A stretch of DNA of 64,000 nucleotides from an uncultured SAR86 cluster bacterium. GTDB taxonomy: Bacteria; Pseudomonadota; Gammaproteobacteria; Magnimaribacterales; TMED112. This document shows positions 45,726 through 55,956 of the stretch, piece after piece (position 1 is the first letter of the stretch; the number at the start of each line of letters is the position of its first letter). The stretch is from contig CACEYZ010000001.1 in the NCBI GenBank assembly GCA_902563885.1, forward strand, positions 40,013 through 104,012, read 5' to 3'. A program made the position numbers and the translations under genes. The notes beneath the pieces are model-generated. The model had not been told where the DNA came from, did not search any database, and saw only the letters and a program-made list of their open reading frames with translations.

Positions 45726-46422
45726 TTTTATCTTTATGGTAAAAATTTAAATCTTCAACAAAAAATTGTACAAATTCCTCTTTTCCAAGTGTTTTTGTAA
45801 ATATTTTTTCTCCGATTTTTCTTCCATTTGAATCATTTAAAATTTCTAATTCCTTTTGCTTAAAAACAACACATTTCCTTTTAGTTTTTGCAAGATAATT
45901 AAGTCTTGATATTACTTCTTGACCTCTATAGCATCCTTTTTCAAATGAGACAAAATCTTTGAAGGTGTATCCAAGCTGTGTTGGTCTATGCTTGCAACTA
46001 ACTTGGCCATCAATATCAATACAAAAGTTAAAAATTTGCTCTCTATCCCACTCTTGTTGTGATAACAAGTCTTCTTTTTTACCTAAACATTTTTCAAAAA
46101 CTCTGTTTGAAATTTTCCCAAAAGCATGAGCTTTATCAGTTTTAATTGAACATTTATAAAATTTGCTATATTTCGATAGTTCATTCTCCAAAATTTTTGC
46201 TACATCATCTTTAATTAAAATTTTAATATTTTCCTCTAAAAAAAGTGTTGCATTTGTTATCACATAACCTTTTTCATCACAAAACAGGCCATCTATTTTT
46301 TCTCGTTGAGAGTTTATATCACATGAAACTTGGCCCTGAATAAACTCATAAGACCTTTCTCCTTTTACAGTCATAAGGCTATAATCTTTTAATTGATAGT
46401 ACTTTTCAGTTATGGAAGACAT
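45694..46422 (-). CDS. ygfZ: Reduced folate-binding Fe-S repair protein YgfZ
   Basis: V.G.....FIQGQ.SCD and signature SF.KGCY.GQE; start probably ATG 46422 (upstream track part overlaps sdhE). Confidence 0.85.
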   Translation of the reverse strand: MSSITEKYYQLKDYSLMTVKGERSYEFIQGQVSCDINSQREKIDGLFCDEKGYVITNATLFLEENIKILIKDDVAKILENELSKYSKFYKCSIKTDKAHAFGKISNRVFEKCLGKKEDLLSQQEWDREQIFNFCIDIDGQVSCKHRPTQLGYTFKDFVSFEKGCYRGQEVISRLNYLAKTKRKCVVFKQKELEILNDSNGRKIGEKIFTKTLGKEEFVQFFVEDLNFYHKDKIILPVASQWV

Positions 46423-46645
46423 GTTGTTCAAAAAACTAAATTTTAAATCAAGAAGAGGCATGAAGGAAACAACTGAAATTATAAAGAAGTTTCTATTGTC
46501 ATATGAACGTTTGAATATTGAACAAAAAAATGAACTAAGCGAATTAATAGAATTAGATGACCAAAAAATTTTTGACCTTTTTTTTATAAAAAAAAATGAG
46601 TTTGAACTAAAATATCCAAATCTTAAAAAAATGATCAATGATTGA
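46412..46645 (+). CDS. sdhE: Succinate dehydrogenase flavinylation factor SdhE (YgfY)
   Basis: K.L.F.SRRGMKE (RGxxE), L...D..IF; divergent from ygfZ as is usual. Confidence 0.82.
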   Translation: MEDMLFKKLNFKSRRGMKETTEIIKKFLLSYERLNIEQKNELSELIELDDQKIFDLFFIKKNEFELKYPNLKKMIND

Positions 46646-46670
46646 ACTTTTTAAGTAAATTACAATCAAA
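46644..46670 (+). promoter_or_regulatory. sigmaE autoregulatory promoter of rpoE
   Basis: GAACTT-N16-TCAAA, matching the sigmaE consensus; ATG 46678 follows 7 nt after the -10 element. Confidence 0.8.
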
Positions 46671-46677
46671 GCTTTAT

Positions 46678-47211
46678 ATGAAAAAAAATAATGTTGATAA
46701 TTTAGTCCAGCTTTCGAGAGAAGGCGATTCTGCGGCTTTTGAAATCCTGTTTTCAACTTTTAAAAGTAGGTTGCATAATTCTCTTTTTAAAATTCTCAGA
46801 AACTTCCATGAAACCGAGGATATTGTTCAGCAGTCTTTTATTCGTGCGTGGGAAAAGATCGAGACATTTAAAGGAAATTCAAATTTTTATACTTGGCTCT
46901 ATAGAATAGGGTTCAATCTTGCGATTACAAAAATAAATTCCTCGAAAGAAGTTCAAATTGATGAGGGTTTTGAAAGTACACTAAATTCTAACGAAAATAT
47001 AATCGAAGACTTCGAAACAAAAGAATTATCTCAACAAGTTCAACATCTTTTAAAGCAAATTCCAGAAGAGCAGAGGACAGCATATGTCTTGTGCGAAATT
47101 GATGATAAAAATTATGATGAAATAGCGTTAATTACTAATGTTCCAGTAGGGACAGTTAGGTCAAGAATCTTCAGGGCAAGGAAGTTTTTAATGGAGAATA
47201 TAAAAATATGA
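46678..47211 (+). CDS. rpoE: ECF sigma factor RpoE/AlgU
   Basis: GD..AF, EDIVQ..FIRAW, F.G.S.FYTWLYRI, Y.EIA.I...PVGTVRSRIFRAR. Confidence 0.95.
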   Translation: MKKNNVDNLVQLSREGDSAAFEILFSTFKSRLHNSLFKILRNFHETEDIVQQSFIRAWEKIETFKGNSNFYTWLYRIGFNLAITKINSSKEVQIDEGFESTLNSNENIIEDFETKELSQQVQHLLKQIPEEQRTAYVLCEIDDKNYDEIALITNVPVGTVRSRIFRARKFLMENIKI

Positions 47212-47951
47212 GTCAAGTAATAAGTGATTACCAATTAATGAAAATTTCCTCATTTATTGACGGTGAGCTTGAAACCAAAGAAATTAAGGAGCTTCTTCGC
47301 GAGATGGATAAAAATCCAAACTTGAAAGATGCTTATTTTAAGTTGTTTGATTTAAGCTTGGCTTCAAAAGAACTTACAAATACCAGTATTAAAAAAAACA
47401 TCAAAAATTTATCTATTTCTTCAATTATTTCTTACCTGAATCAAAGACTTGTTTTGCCCTTATCTGTTTTTTTTCTAGGTGTATTTTTAAGTTACACCGT
47501 CGTAGACAGAGCTATTAAACAAGAGGGCAACGATGAAGCATCGGCACTTATTGTCAAAGCAACAAAATCTATAGAAGCAAAACGTACTTTGGAAAATTTG
47601 CAGAACAATGAAATTTTGAGATTTGCAGCAAGGCACTATAGCCCTACACAGGGAGGTGCTGCAGAAATTACGATGCCTGTAAGCTATTCTCCAAATTGGG
47701 TACCTAATGGATTTAAAAATGATCCTTCATCAAAAAATAGATTCATCAACTCAGTAAAAAGAAAAGAATTTTCAATCTTTATAAACCTTCCTAGAAATTC
47801 ATCTTTACCAGATGGTGAATACAAAAGAGAAAACTTTGTTTTATTAAAGAAAACCTATGTACACAACAACAGAGCACACAGCATTGCAGTTTTTGGTGAC
47901 ATAGATATTGATTCTGGAAAGAAAATCCTTAACTCAATTCAAATTAATTAA
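47208..47951 (+). CDS. rseA: Anti-sigmaE factor RseA/MucA with C-terminal RseB_C-like domain (apparent fusion)
   Basis: N-terminal ISSFIDGEL...LL..M..NP.L, single TM, C-terminal PNWVPNGF...FSIFI...IAVFGDI....KKILNSI. Confidence 0.7.
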   Translation: MSQVISDYQLMKISSFIDGELETKEIKELLREMDKNPNLKDAYFKLFDLSLASKELTNTSIKKNIKNLSISSIISYLNQRLVLPLSVFFLGVFLSYTVVDRAIKQEGNDEASALIVKATKSIEAKRTLENLQNNEILRFAARHYSPTQGGAAEITMPVSYSPNWVPNGFKNDPSSKNRFINSVKRKEFSIFINLPRNSSLPDGEYKRENFVLLKKTYVHNNRAHSIAVFGDIDIDSGKKILNSIQIN

Positions 47952-47952
47952 A

Positions 47953-49344
47953 ATGAAAAAAGTATTTTTGCTTCTCGCATCCCTTCTATCGATATATGTT
48001 TTTTCAGATCGTCTTGATTTTTCTGAACTTGTTAAGAAACAATCAAATTCAGTAGTGAATATTCAGGCAACTAGAAAAGTCTACTCAAATCGAAGCTCAA
48101 TGGGTTCATTTCCTAACGATATTTTTAGAGAATTTGGTTTCCCACTTCCTGAATTTGAAGAACCTAGGAGGCAACCAAGAGAGGCTACTAGTTCGGGCTC
48201 AGGTTTTCTAATAGATAATGATGGATTTTTAATTACAAATTTTCATGTTGTTCAAGATGCAGACGAAGTTATAGTTAGATTTCTAGATAGAAGGGAGTTT
48301 ACAGCAGAGATCATTGGAACTGATGAATTAAGTGATATAGCTCTATTAAAAATATCGATAAACAATAGTTCTCCAGTTTTAATTGGTAACTCGGATAACG
48401 TTGAACAGGGAGATGGTGTAATTGCCATTGGTTCACCTTATAACTACGATTTTTCAGCCACATTTGGAATAATTAGTTCCACTAACAGAGGCATCTCTTC
48501 AAGAGCAGGAATTGGAGACTATGTTCCTTATTTCCAAACTGATGCTGCTGTTAATAGAGGAAATTCAGGAGGCCCATTATTCAATCTTGATGGTGAAGTA
48601 ATAGGTATTAATTCGCAAATATATTCAAGGTCTGGAGGCAATGAAGGTCTTGCTTTTGCCATACCAATTAATGTTGCTTTAGAGGTTGTAGATCAACTTA
48701 AAGCAAAAGGAAAGGTTTCGAGAGGATATTTAGGAGTACAAGGACAAGAGGTTTCAAGTGATCTTGCGGAAGCATTAGGAATGGATAAACCAATTGGCGC
48801 TCTTGTGAGTTTTGTTTTGGAGGGTGAAGCTGCTGAAAAGGCAGGAATTAGACCTGGAGACGTAATTGTAGAAATAGATAGAAAAGAAATTGTGTATTTC
48901 AAAGATTTACAGCACACAATTGGAAGAACTCAACCAGGATCTTCTGTAAGAGCAAAAATATTTAGAGATGGAAAATACAGGAACATCAATGTTAGAGTTG
49001 GTGAATTACCAGTTGATGAAGTTGAGCAGATTGAAGAAGAATCGCCTCAAAAACCTACATATCCTCTAGGAATTCGTCTTGGAGAGTTAGATAAAGATCA
49101 AACAGACACTGAATTGCCAGAAAATGGTGTCAGAGTCTTACAAGTGTATTTTAATTCACCTGCATATGGACAATTATTTAGAGGAGATGTAATTACTCAA
49201 ATTAAATATAAAGGCAAAACTTTTAAAATATCAAAAATAAGCGATTTTAGTGCTGCACTTGAATCATTTTCTAAAGGTGACAAAATAGCGGTGTTTGGAG
49301 TAAGAAATAGCTCAAACATTATTGTTTCCTTGACAGTTGAGTAA
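47953..49344 (+). CDS. HtrA-family periplasmic serine protease (DegP/MucD) with two PDZ domains
   Basis: [32 protein letters not shown]; signal peptide from ATG 47953. Confidence 0.95.
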   Translation: MKKVFLLLASLLSIYVFSDRLDFSELVKKQSNSVVNIQATRKVYSNRSSMGSFPNDIFREFGFPLPEFEEPRRQPREATSSGSGFLIDNDGFLITNFHVVQDADEVIVRFLDRREFTAEIIGTDELSDIALLKISINNSSPVLIGNSDNVEQGDGVIAIGSPYNYDFSATFGIISSTNRGISSRAGIGDYVPYFQTDAAVNRGNSGGPLFNLDGEVIGINSQIYSRSGGNEGLAFAIPINVALEVVDQLKAKGKVSRGYLGVQGQEVSSDLAEALGMDKPIGALVSFVLEGEAAEKAGIRPGDVIVEIDRKEIVYFKDLQHTIGRTQPGSSVRAKIFRDGKYRNINVRVGELPVDEVEQIEEESPQKPTYPLGIRLGELDKDQTDTELPENGVRVLQVYFNSPAYGQLFRGDVITQIKYKGKTFKISKISDFSAALESFSKGDKIAVFGVRNSSNIIVSLTVE

Positions 49345-51127
49345 TATAAGAAATTTTTCAATCATCGCCCATATTGATCATGGGAAATCTACTCTTTCAG
49401 ACAGAATAATCGAACTTTGTGGTGGTCTTTCAAAAAGAGAGATGAAATCACAAGTGTTGGATACGCTGGAACTTGAAAGAGAAAGAGGTATTACAATTAA
49501 GGCACAATCAGTTTCTTTGAAATATGAGTTCAGAGATCAGATTTATGAACTAAATCTTATTGATACACCTGGGCATGTTGATTTTTCATATGAAGTTTCT
49601 AGATCGCTTGCAGCATGCGAAGGTGCACTACTTGTTGTTGATGGGTCGCAGGGTGTTGAGGCGCAAACCTTATCAACTTGTTATAAAGCTATCGATTTAG
49701 GTTTGCAAGTAATACCAGTAATAAATAAAATTGATCTGCCTCAATCTGATCCAGAACAGGTGAAAAAAGAAATTGAAGAGATAATAGGAATTGATGCATC
49801 TGAAGCATTATCTGTGAGTGCGAAAGATGGAACTGGTCTTGAAGAATTACTGCAACAGATAGTTGAAGAAATTCCTGAGCCGAATGTTTTAAATGAGGAA
49901 AATCTACAGGCCTTGATTATTGACTCATGGTATGACAACTACTTAGGTGTTGTATCTTTAATTCGTATATTTAGCGGAAAGGTAAATAAAGGAGACAAAT
50001 TTATTGTTAAATCTACCGGGCAAACCTTTACTGCTGAAAGTCTTGGTAAATTTACACCAAAAGAGGAAGCAACCGATTATTTGTCAGAGGGAGAGGTTGG
50101 TTTTTTAATAGCAAATGTAAAAGATCTTAAATCAGTACCAGTAGGGGATACGTTAGTATTATCTAAATTTCCAGAGACCCATGCATTAGACGGTTTTGAA
50201 GAAGCTAAACCACAAGTATACGCTTCATTTTACCCAGTAGATTCAAATGAATATCAGTCCTTTAGAGAAGCTCTTCAAAAACTTAATCTTAATGACGCAG
50301 CTTTGACATTTGAGCCAGAAAGTTCAGATGTTCTAGGAAGTGGCTTTCGATGTGGTTTTCTAGGAAGTCTTCACATGGAAGTAATTAAGGAGCGATTAGA
50401 AAGAGAATACTCTTTAGAGCTTATAACAACAGCACCAAGTGTGTCGTATGAAATTCTAAAAACAAATGGTGAAGAAATAGAAGTTAATTCACCTTCTGAA
50501 CTTCCAACTCCTAATGAAATTTCTGAAATTAGGGAGCCAATAATTAAAACAACAATCTTATGTCCTGATAAATATGTTGGCGATATCATAGAGCTAGCAA
50601 TTTCTAAAAGAGGAGTTCAAAAAAATTTACAATATTTAGGTGGGCAGGTTTCAATAATTTTTGATCTTCCCTTGTCTGAAATAGTTATGGATTTTTTTGA
50701 TTTGCTTAAATCCAAAAGCCAAGGTTATGCATCTGTAGATTTTTCATTTGATAGATATGAAAAATCAGAGCTAGTAAAAATTGATGTTGCTGTAAATGGT
50801 GTAAAGGTTGATTCTCTTTCTTCAATTCTTCATAAAAATGATTCGCAAAGAAAAGGCAGAGATATAGCGAAAAGATTAAGAGAAGTTATTCCAAGACAAA
50901 TGTTTGAAATTCCAATACAGATAATGCAAGGTAGTAAGATTATAGCCAGAGAAAGTGTAAAAGCATTTAGAAAAAATGTAACTGCTAAGCTTTATGGTGG
51001 TGATGTCACCAGAAAAAAGAAATTGTTGGAAAAACAAAAAGCAGGAAAGAAAAAAATGAAGCATATTGGTAAAGTTGCACTTCCACAAGAAGCGTTTCTA
51101 AGCTTTCTTTCATCAGACAAAAAATAA
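49337..51127 (+). CDS. lepA: Elongation factor 4 (TTG start)
   Basis: [45 protein letters not shown]. Confidence 0.98.
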   Translation: MSNIRNFSIIAHIDHGKSTLSDRIIELCGGLSKREMKSQVLDTLELERERGITIKAQSVSLKYEFRDQIYELNLIDTPGHVDFSYEVSRSLAACEGALLVVDGSQGVEAQTLSTCYKAIDLGLQVIPVINKIDLPQSDPEQVKKEIEEIIGIDASEALSVSAKDGTGLEELLQQIVEEIPEPNVLNEENLQALIIDSWYDNYLGVVSLIRIFSGKVNKGDKFIVKSTGQTFTAESLGKFTPKEEATDYLSEGEVGFLIANVKDLKSVPVGDTLVLSKFPETHALDGFEEAKPQVYASFYPVDSNEYQSFREALQKLNLNDAALTFEPESSDVLGSGFRCGFLGSLHMEVIKERLEREYSLELITTAPSVSYEILKTNGEEIEVNSPSELPTPNEISEIREPIIKTTILCPDKYVGDIIELAISKRGVQKNLQYLGGQVSIIFDLPLSEIVMDFFDLLKSKSQGYASVDFSFDRYEKSELVKIDVAVNGVKVDSLSSILHKNDSQRKGRDIAKRLREVIPRQMFEIPIQIMQGSKIIARESVKAFRKNVTAKLYGGDVTRKKKLLEKQKAGKKKMKHIGKVALPQEAFLSFLSSDKK

Positions 51128-51129
51128 AA

Positions 51130-52038
51130 ATGAGCAGTATTTTTAGCATATTTGAACCAATATCCAACATATTCTTTTTTATATTATTTAATGGAGTTGT
51201 ATGCGGGATTTCAATTCATTGGGTTGTTTCAAAGCTCAATGGCACATTCAGCAAAAATCTTAATCGGATTTTTCAAAATTTAGCGCTAGTAGCATCTATT
51301 TTTGTAATTGCAATAATTTTCATAAAGCAATGGAATATTGGAGACTTATTGGCATTTTATGCGTTATTTTCAGCAGTATTATTTTCAGTATCTATTTATT
51401 TCGGCAATAAAGAAGTAATTAAAGAAACAAGAGGTTGGTTTATCAATATCTTTCTCATTTTTTTCATAAGGGGATATTTCTATGAGCCTTATCAAATTCC
51501 AAGTCAGTCAATGCGTCCCAATCTTAATGTTGGAGATTTTGTTCTTGTAAACCGTTTTGCTTATGGTTACGAAGTTCCCTTTACAAACAGATCTAAGGTA
51601 TTTCATAAAGATCCTGAAATAGGAGAAATTGTTGTTTTTTTTCCACCACATAAAACTAATACACCCTTTGTAAAAAGAGTAATAGCAAAAGGGGGCGATA
51701 CTGTAAAATATGTAAATAAAAAAATTTATATCAACGGTCTTCTGTATCAACAAGAAAATATTTCAAAGGACTTTGATGGCGCAAACATTTTTAATGAAAG
51801 TAACGGCTCTACCAATTACCTTATAAGAAAGTCAAATTCAAATTTGTCAAGAAACTCTGAATGGGTTGTTCCCGAAGGAAGTTTTTTTGTTGTTGGAGAT
51901 AATCGAGATAATTCAAGTGACAGCAGAGCATGGGGATTTGTTTCTGGAAAAAGTATTTGGGGCAGAGCAGATTATATCTGGTTAACTTGGGAAAGTTGGT
52001 CAGACATACCTAAATTAAAGTTTGAAGAGTTAAATTAA
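51130..52038 (+). CDS. lepB: Signal peptidase I
   Basis: IPS.SM.P.L, GD..LV, FVKRV, GDNRDNS.DSR.WG. Confidence 0.96.
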   Translation: MSSIFSIFEPISNIFFFILFNGVVCGISIHWVVSKLNGTFSKNLNRIFQNLALVASIFVIAIIFIKQWNIGDLLAFYALFSAVLFSVSIYFGNKEVIKETRGWFINIFLIFFIRGYFYEPYQIPSQSMRPNLNVGDFVLVNRFAYGYEVPFTNRSKVFHKDPEIGEIVVFFPPHKTNTPFVKRVIAKGGDTVKYVNKKIYINGLLYQQENISKDFDGANIFNESNGSTNYLIRKSNSNLSRNSEWVVPEGSFFVVGDNRDNSSDSRAWGFVSGKSIWGRADYIWLTWESWSDIPKLKFEELN

Positions 52039-52074
52039 TTTTTGATATAAATTTTTTTTGGGTATTATTTCCAA

Positions 52075-52965
52075 ATGAAAAGAAGTGGTTACATAGCTAT
52101 TATTGGCAAAACTAACGTTGGGAAATCAACGATACTCAACTCATTATCAGGAAAAAAAGTAACGATCACTTCAAAAAAACCACAAACTACCAGGTCAAAT
52201 ATTTTTTCTATGATCACGATAAATGACACTCAAATGGTTTTTATTGATACTCCAGGCTTGCATAAACAAAATAAAAAAAGATTGAATAAAGAATTAAGTA
52301 AAAGACCAAAGGAAGCCCTAGAAAATATAGATTTGGTGATTGCTGTTGTTGCAGGAACAAAATTTGATAAAACAGATAAAAAAGCTTTTGAAATAATAGA
52401 AAACGTAAATTCAAAAAAGATATTAGTAATTAACAAGATAGATTTGGTGAAGAATAAAAAAGATTTATTTCCTTTTACGGAAAAATTGAACGAAGAAATG
52501 CAATTTGACGCAATAGTACCTGTTTCAGCAACAAAAAATAATGGAGTAGAAATTCTTCTTAAAGAAATAAAGAATTATTTACCTGAGGGAGATTTTTTGT
52601 TTCCAGATGAGGGTTTTAATTTTCAATCAAAAGCATTTGAAATTTCAGAAATAATTAGAGAAAAGGTTATTAGACTTCTTGGTGATGAGCTTCCCTACGA
52701 GTCAGCTGTAATAGTTGATGAGATAGATGATCAAAAAGATTTGGTGAAACTAATTGGTTCAATAATTGTGGCTAAGAATTCTCAAAAAACAATTGTCATT
52801 GGAAAAAAAGGTGAAAAAATTAAAAGTATCAGCACTGCTGCAAGAAAAGAACTAGAGAATTATTTCGGGAAGAAAGTCTATCTAGAACTTTGGTGCAAAG
52901 TCCAAAAAAATTGGACAGATAATTCAAAAATTTTGGATGGTTTAGGAATTAAAAATAGGATATGA
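52075..52965 (+). CDS. era: GTPase Era
   Basis: GKTNVGKST, KPQTTR, DTPG, NKID, ELPY, IGK.G..IK KH domain. Confidence 0.97.
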   Translation: MKRSGYIAIIGKTNVGKSTILNSLSGKKVTITSKKPQTTRSNIFSMITINDTQMVFIDTPGLHKQNKKRLNKELSKRPKEALENIDLVIAVVAGTKFDKTDKKAFEIIENVNSKKILVINKIDLVKNKKDLFPFTEKLNEEMQFDAIVPVSATKNNGVEILLKEIKNYLPEGDFLFPDEGFNFQSKAFEISEIIREKVIRLLGDELPYESAVIVDEIDDQKDLVKLIGSIIVAKNSQKTIVIGKKGEKIKSISTAARKELENYFGKKVYLELWCKVQKNWTDNSKILDGLGIKNRI

Positions 52966-53636
52966 GGTTTGAAACTGATGCATTTATTATTCATACACGT
53001 CCGTATAAAGAGACTAGTTTGATAGTTTCTTTTTTTACAAAAGAATATGGAAATGTCTCGGCAATAGCTAAAGGAGCAAAAGGAAAAAAATCAAAATTTT
53101 CTGGAAACCTTGAGCCATTTCGTTTGATGAATATTGGTTTTGGAGGAAAAAGTAATTTAAAGAGTTTATTCTTTTCCGATTCTCTTGAAACGTATGATGA
53201 CTTTAAAGTAAAGAAAAATTTGTACTCTGCATTTTACATCAATGAATTAATTTATAGCCTTTTACCTCCAAATGAGAGGGAGTTAATAATATTTAATCAA
53301 TATCACAGCTCTATTAAAAAACTTAAAAAAAATGATAATACAGAAGAAATTTTACGAGAGTTCGAATATTTATTTTTAAAAGAAATCGGATATCAAATTG
53401 ATTTTGAAAATGAATATAGTTCTGGAGATGCAATAGAATCAAATTCTTTCTACGAATTTGCACCTCAGAGCGGTTTTAAACGTGCTGAAAAAGGTTTTTT
53501 AGGCAAAGATTTACAAGAAATAGCCAGAAAAGAATATAATCCTATTAATCTCAAAACATTCAAAGCAATAAACAGAAAGTCGTTTGAGTATTATTTTGAG
53601 GAACTTAATATTAAAAGCAGAGGTTTTTTTAAATGA
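52962..53636 (+). CDS. recO: DNA repair protein RecO
   Basis: IH.RPY.ETSL, AKGA, L.PF, FY.NEL, LR.FE...L.EIGY. Confidence 0.93.
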   Translation: MRFETDAFIIHTRPYKETSLIVSFFTKEYGNVSAIAKGAKGKKSKFSGNLEPFRLMNIGFGGKSNLKSLFFSDSLETYDDFKVKKNLYSAFYINELIYSLLPPNERELIIFNQYHSSIKKLKKNDNTEEILREFEYLFLKEIGYQIDFENEYSSGDAIESNSFYEFAPQSGFKRAEKGFLGKDLQEIARKEYNPINLKTFKAINRKSFEYYFEELNIKSRGFFK

Positions 53637-53989
53637 TTTTAGGTGTCGGTACTGATTTTATCGAAAAAAAAAGGGTAGAAAAGATCCTTAAAAAATATGG
53701 GGATAGATTTATTAATAAGATTCTTTCAGACAGCGAGAAAAAAAATTTCTCCTCCATTGATAAAACTAAAAAAGTTAATTTTTTAACTTCAGCATTTTCA
53801 TCTAAAGAATCTTTTGTAAAAGCTTTGGGAACTGGATTTAGAGAAATTTATCCAAGGGATATTTCAATTATAAAAAACAAATCAGGAAAACCATCAATCC
53901 AGTGCGATTTAATTCGTGACTATAAAGCTCATCTTTCAGTTACAAATGATGAGAAATATACACTTTCTATGGTAGTTATAGAAAAATGA
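53633..53989 (+). CDS. acpS: Holo-ACP synthase
   Basis: ILGVGTD, F..KE..VKALGTG, GKP. Confidence 0.93.
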   Translation: MILGVGTDFIEKKRVEKILKKYGDRFINKILSDSEKKNFSSIDKTKKVNFLTSAFSSKESFVKALGTGFREIYPRDISIIKNKSGKPSIQCDLIRDYKAHLSVTNDEKYTLSMVVIEK

Positions 53990-54621
53990 AGATTATCCTT
54001 TTGGGAATGCCGGGAGCAGGCAAGGGAACACAAGCTGAACTTATTAAAGTTAATTACAGCATTCCTAGCATATCTACAGGAGCAATTTTAAGAGACATAA
54101 GCAATACTAATTCAGATCTAGGAGCAAAAGTACAAAACTACTTACAGTCTGGAAGGCTAGTTCCAGATGAAATCATAATTGAAATATTGGTCAATAGAAT
54201 TAGTGAAGACGATTGTTCCAATGGATTCCTTTTAGATGGATTCCCAAGAAATATTGACCAAGCCAAAGCTCTTGAAAAAGCCAATATTGATATTGATTTT
54301 GTGGTTTTCTTAAATATTGAAGAGCAAGAAATAATTAAACGCATGTCTGGTAGAAGAATGCACTTAAAATCCGGCAGGTCTTATCACATAGACTTTAATC
54401 CACCAAAAAATTTTAATAAAGATGACCTCACAGGAGAGGATTTAATTCAAAGAGAAGATGATAAGCCAGAAGTCATAAAAAAAAGGTTAGAAGTTTACTA
54501 TAAGGAAACATTTCCACTTTTAGATTTTTATAGAAAAGAATCAAACAATTTTTTTGAAATAGATGGCTCGCTTCCGGTAGAGGAGGTTGCAAAAGCTATA
54601 GATCATATATTTTCCTCGTGA
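53986..54621 (+). CDS. adk: Adenylate kinase
   Basis: G.PGAGKGTQA, ISTG, LVPD, LDGFPR, QREDD. Confidence 0.98.
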   Translation: MKIILLGMPGAGKGTQAELIKVNYSIPSISTGAILRDISNTNSDLGAKVQNYLQSGRLVPDEIIIEILVNRISEDDCSNGFLLDGFPRNIDQAKALEKANIDIDFVVFLNIEEQEIIKRMSGRRMHLKSGRSYHIDFNPPKNFNKDDLTGEDLIQREDDKPEVIKKRLEVYYKETFPLLDFYRKESNNFFEIDGSLPVEEVAKAIDHIFSS

Positions 54622-55190
54622 ACATTCTTTCGGTAGATTTAACTAAAAACGAACACTTTATTGCATTAAATTATGAAAATAATGCGTATTGCTTTGAATT
54701 TCAAACAAACGATTGGTCAGAAAAAATTGATACTCTTCATAAAATAGAAAATTTTGATTTTAAAAAATTAGACTGTTCTGCTTATGCTGCTGGCCCTGGT
54801 TCATTCACTGGAGCGAGATTGGCATTTACTTTTCTCAACACACTAAAGTTTGTTTACGATGTAGAAATGTTTGCATTTTCAAATTTGGCGGCTATGAATT
54901 GGTTAAACGACGACAAAATCCCTTTAATCATCGGCAATAATAATGATTTTTACTACAGAGAAAACAAAACAGATTTTTATACTCAAGATTTAAAAAAAGT
55001 AGAATCTATTAAAAATAAATTAGTAATGATAGAGGGATCTAATGCTAATATCTCCCCAAAACATTTAATTCAAAGGAATCAAGTTGCAATAAATATCATA
55101 AATATGATCGCCAGTAAGTCTAATTCCAACTTGGATAGTAATGAACCAAATTATGTAAAGAGTCTAACTTACAGAAAAATAAATGAGTGA
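54618..55190 (+). CDS. tsaB: Divergent tRNA t6A protein TsaB (YeaZ)-like (GTG start)
   Basis: GPGSFTG.R, S.L.A, C-terminal P.Y; follows adk. Confidence 0.75.
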   Translation: MNILSVDLTKNEHFIALNYENNAYCFEFQTNDWSEKIDTLHKIENFDFKKLDCSAYAAGPGSFTGARLAFTFLNTLKFVYDVEMFAFSNLAAMNWLNDDKIPLIIGNNNDFYYRENKTDFYTQDLKKVESIKNKLVMIEGSNANISPKHLIQRNQVAINIINMIASKSNSNLDSNEPNYVKSLTYRKINE

Positions 55191-55956
55191 ATTAAATTTC
55201 TTGCAAGCCATTATATTGTCTGTTATTCAAGCCATCACAGAATTTATTCCTGTTTCAAGTTCAGCACATTTATTGCTACCAAGTAAATTATTAGGCTGGC
55301 CAGATCAAGGTCAATTTTTTGATATAAGTGTTCATTTTGGGAGTCTAGTAGCAGTAATTTTACACTTCAGAGACTCATTACTCTCAAGAAACTTCTATAC
55401 TTCGAATTTTTTTTTATTACTGATTGTAGCAACCATACCAATTATCGCATTAACTCTAATTTTCAATGGAATTACAGACCTAAGGTGGTCTCTTACAAGC
55501 ATTGCAATATCAAATATTTTGTTTGCATTTCTGTTATTAATTAGCACAAAAATAAATGTTAAAAATACCAATAAAAAAGATATCAACCAATTAACTATAA
55601 ACGGAGCTTTAACAATTGGTCTCTGGCAAACTCTTAGTATAATTTCAGGCGCTTCTAGGTCTGGAACAGTTATTACTGGATCATTATTTTTAGGTTATAG
55701 GCCTGAAGATGCGGCAAAATTTTCTATTTATTTATCTATTCCAACACTTCTTGGAGCAATGTTTTTTGGAATTATTAAAAATGATATTTTAAAAGAAGAT
55801 GTTGACATTTTAATGACATTTAGCAGCATTTTAATATCATTTATAGTATCTTTCTTTACAATAAAATGGTTTTTATCGTTTGTAAAAAAAGTAGGATTTC
55901 TTCCATTTATCATTTACAGGCTATTTTTGGGAGTTTCGATTCTGTGGTTGATATAA
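55183..55956 (+). CDS. uppP: Undecaprenyl-diphosphate phosphatase
   Basis: TEF.PVSSSAH, H.G, ATIP, G.SRSG..I, YR..LG. Confidence 0.95.
   Translation: MSELNFLQAIILSVIQAITEFIPVSSSAHLLLPSKLLGWPDQGQFFDISVHFGSLVAVILHFRDSLLSRNFYTSNFFLLLIVATIPIIALTLIFNGITDLRWSLTSIAISNILFAFLLLISTKINVKNTNKKDINQLTINGALTIGLWQTLSIISGASRSGTVITGSLFLGYRPEDAAKFSIYLSIPTLLGAMFFGIIKNDILKEDVDILMTFSSILISFIVSFFTIKWFLSFVKKVGFLPFIIYRLFLGVSILWLI

Noticed and set aside
46423..46638. Long N-terminal extension of YgfZ
   Set aside because: It is the antisense of sdhE and has no YgfZ-like sequence
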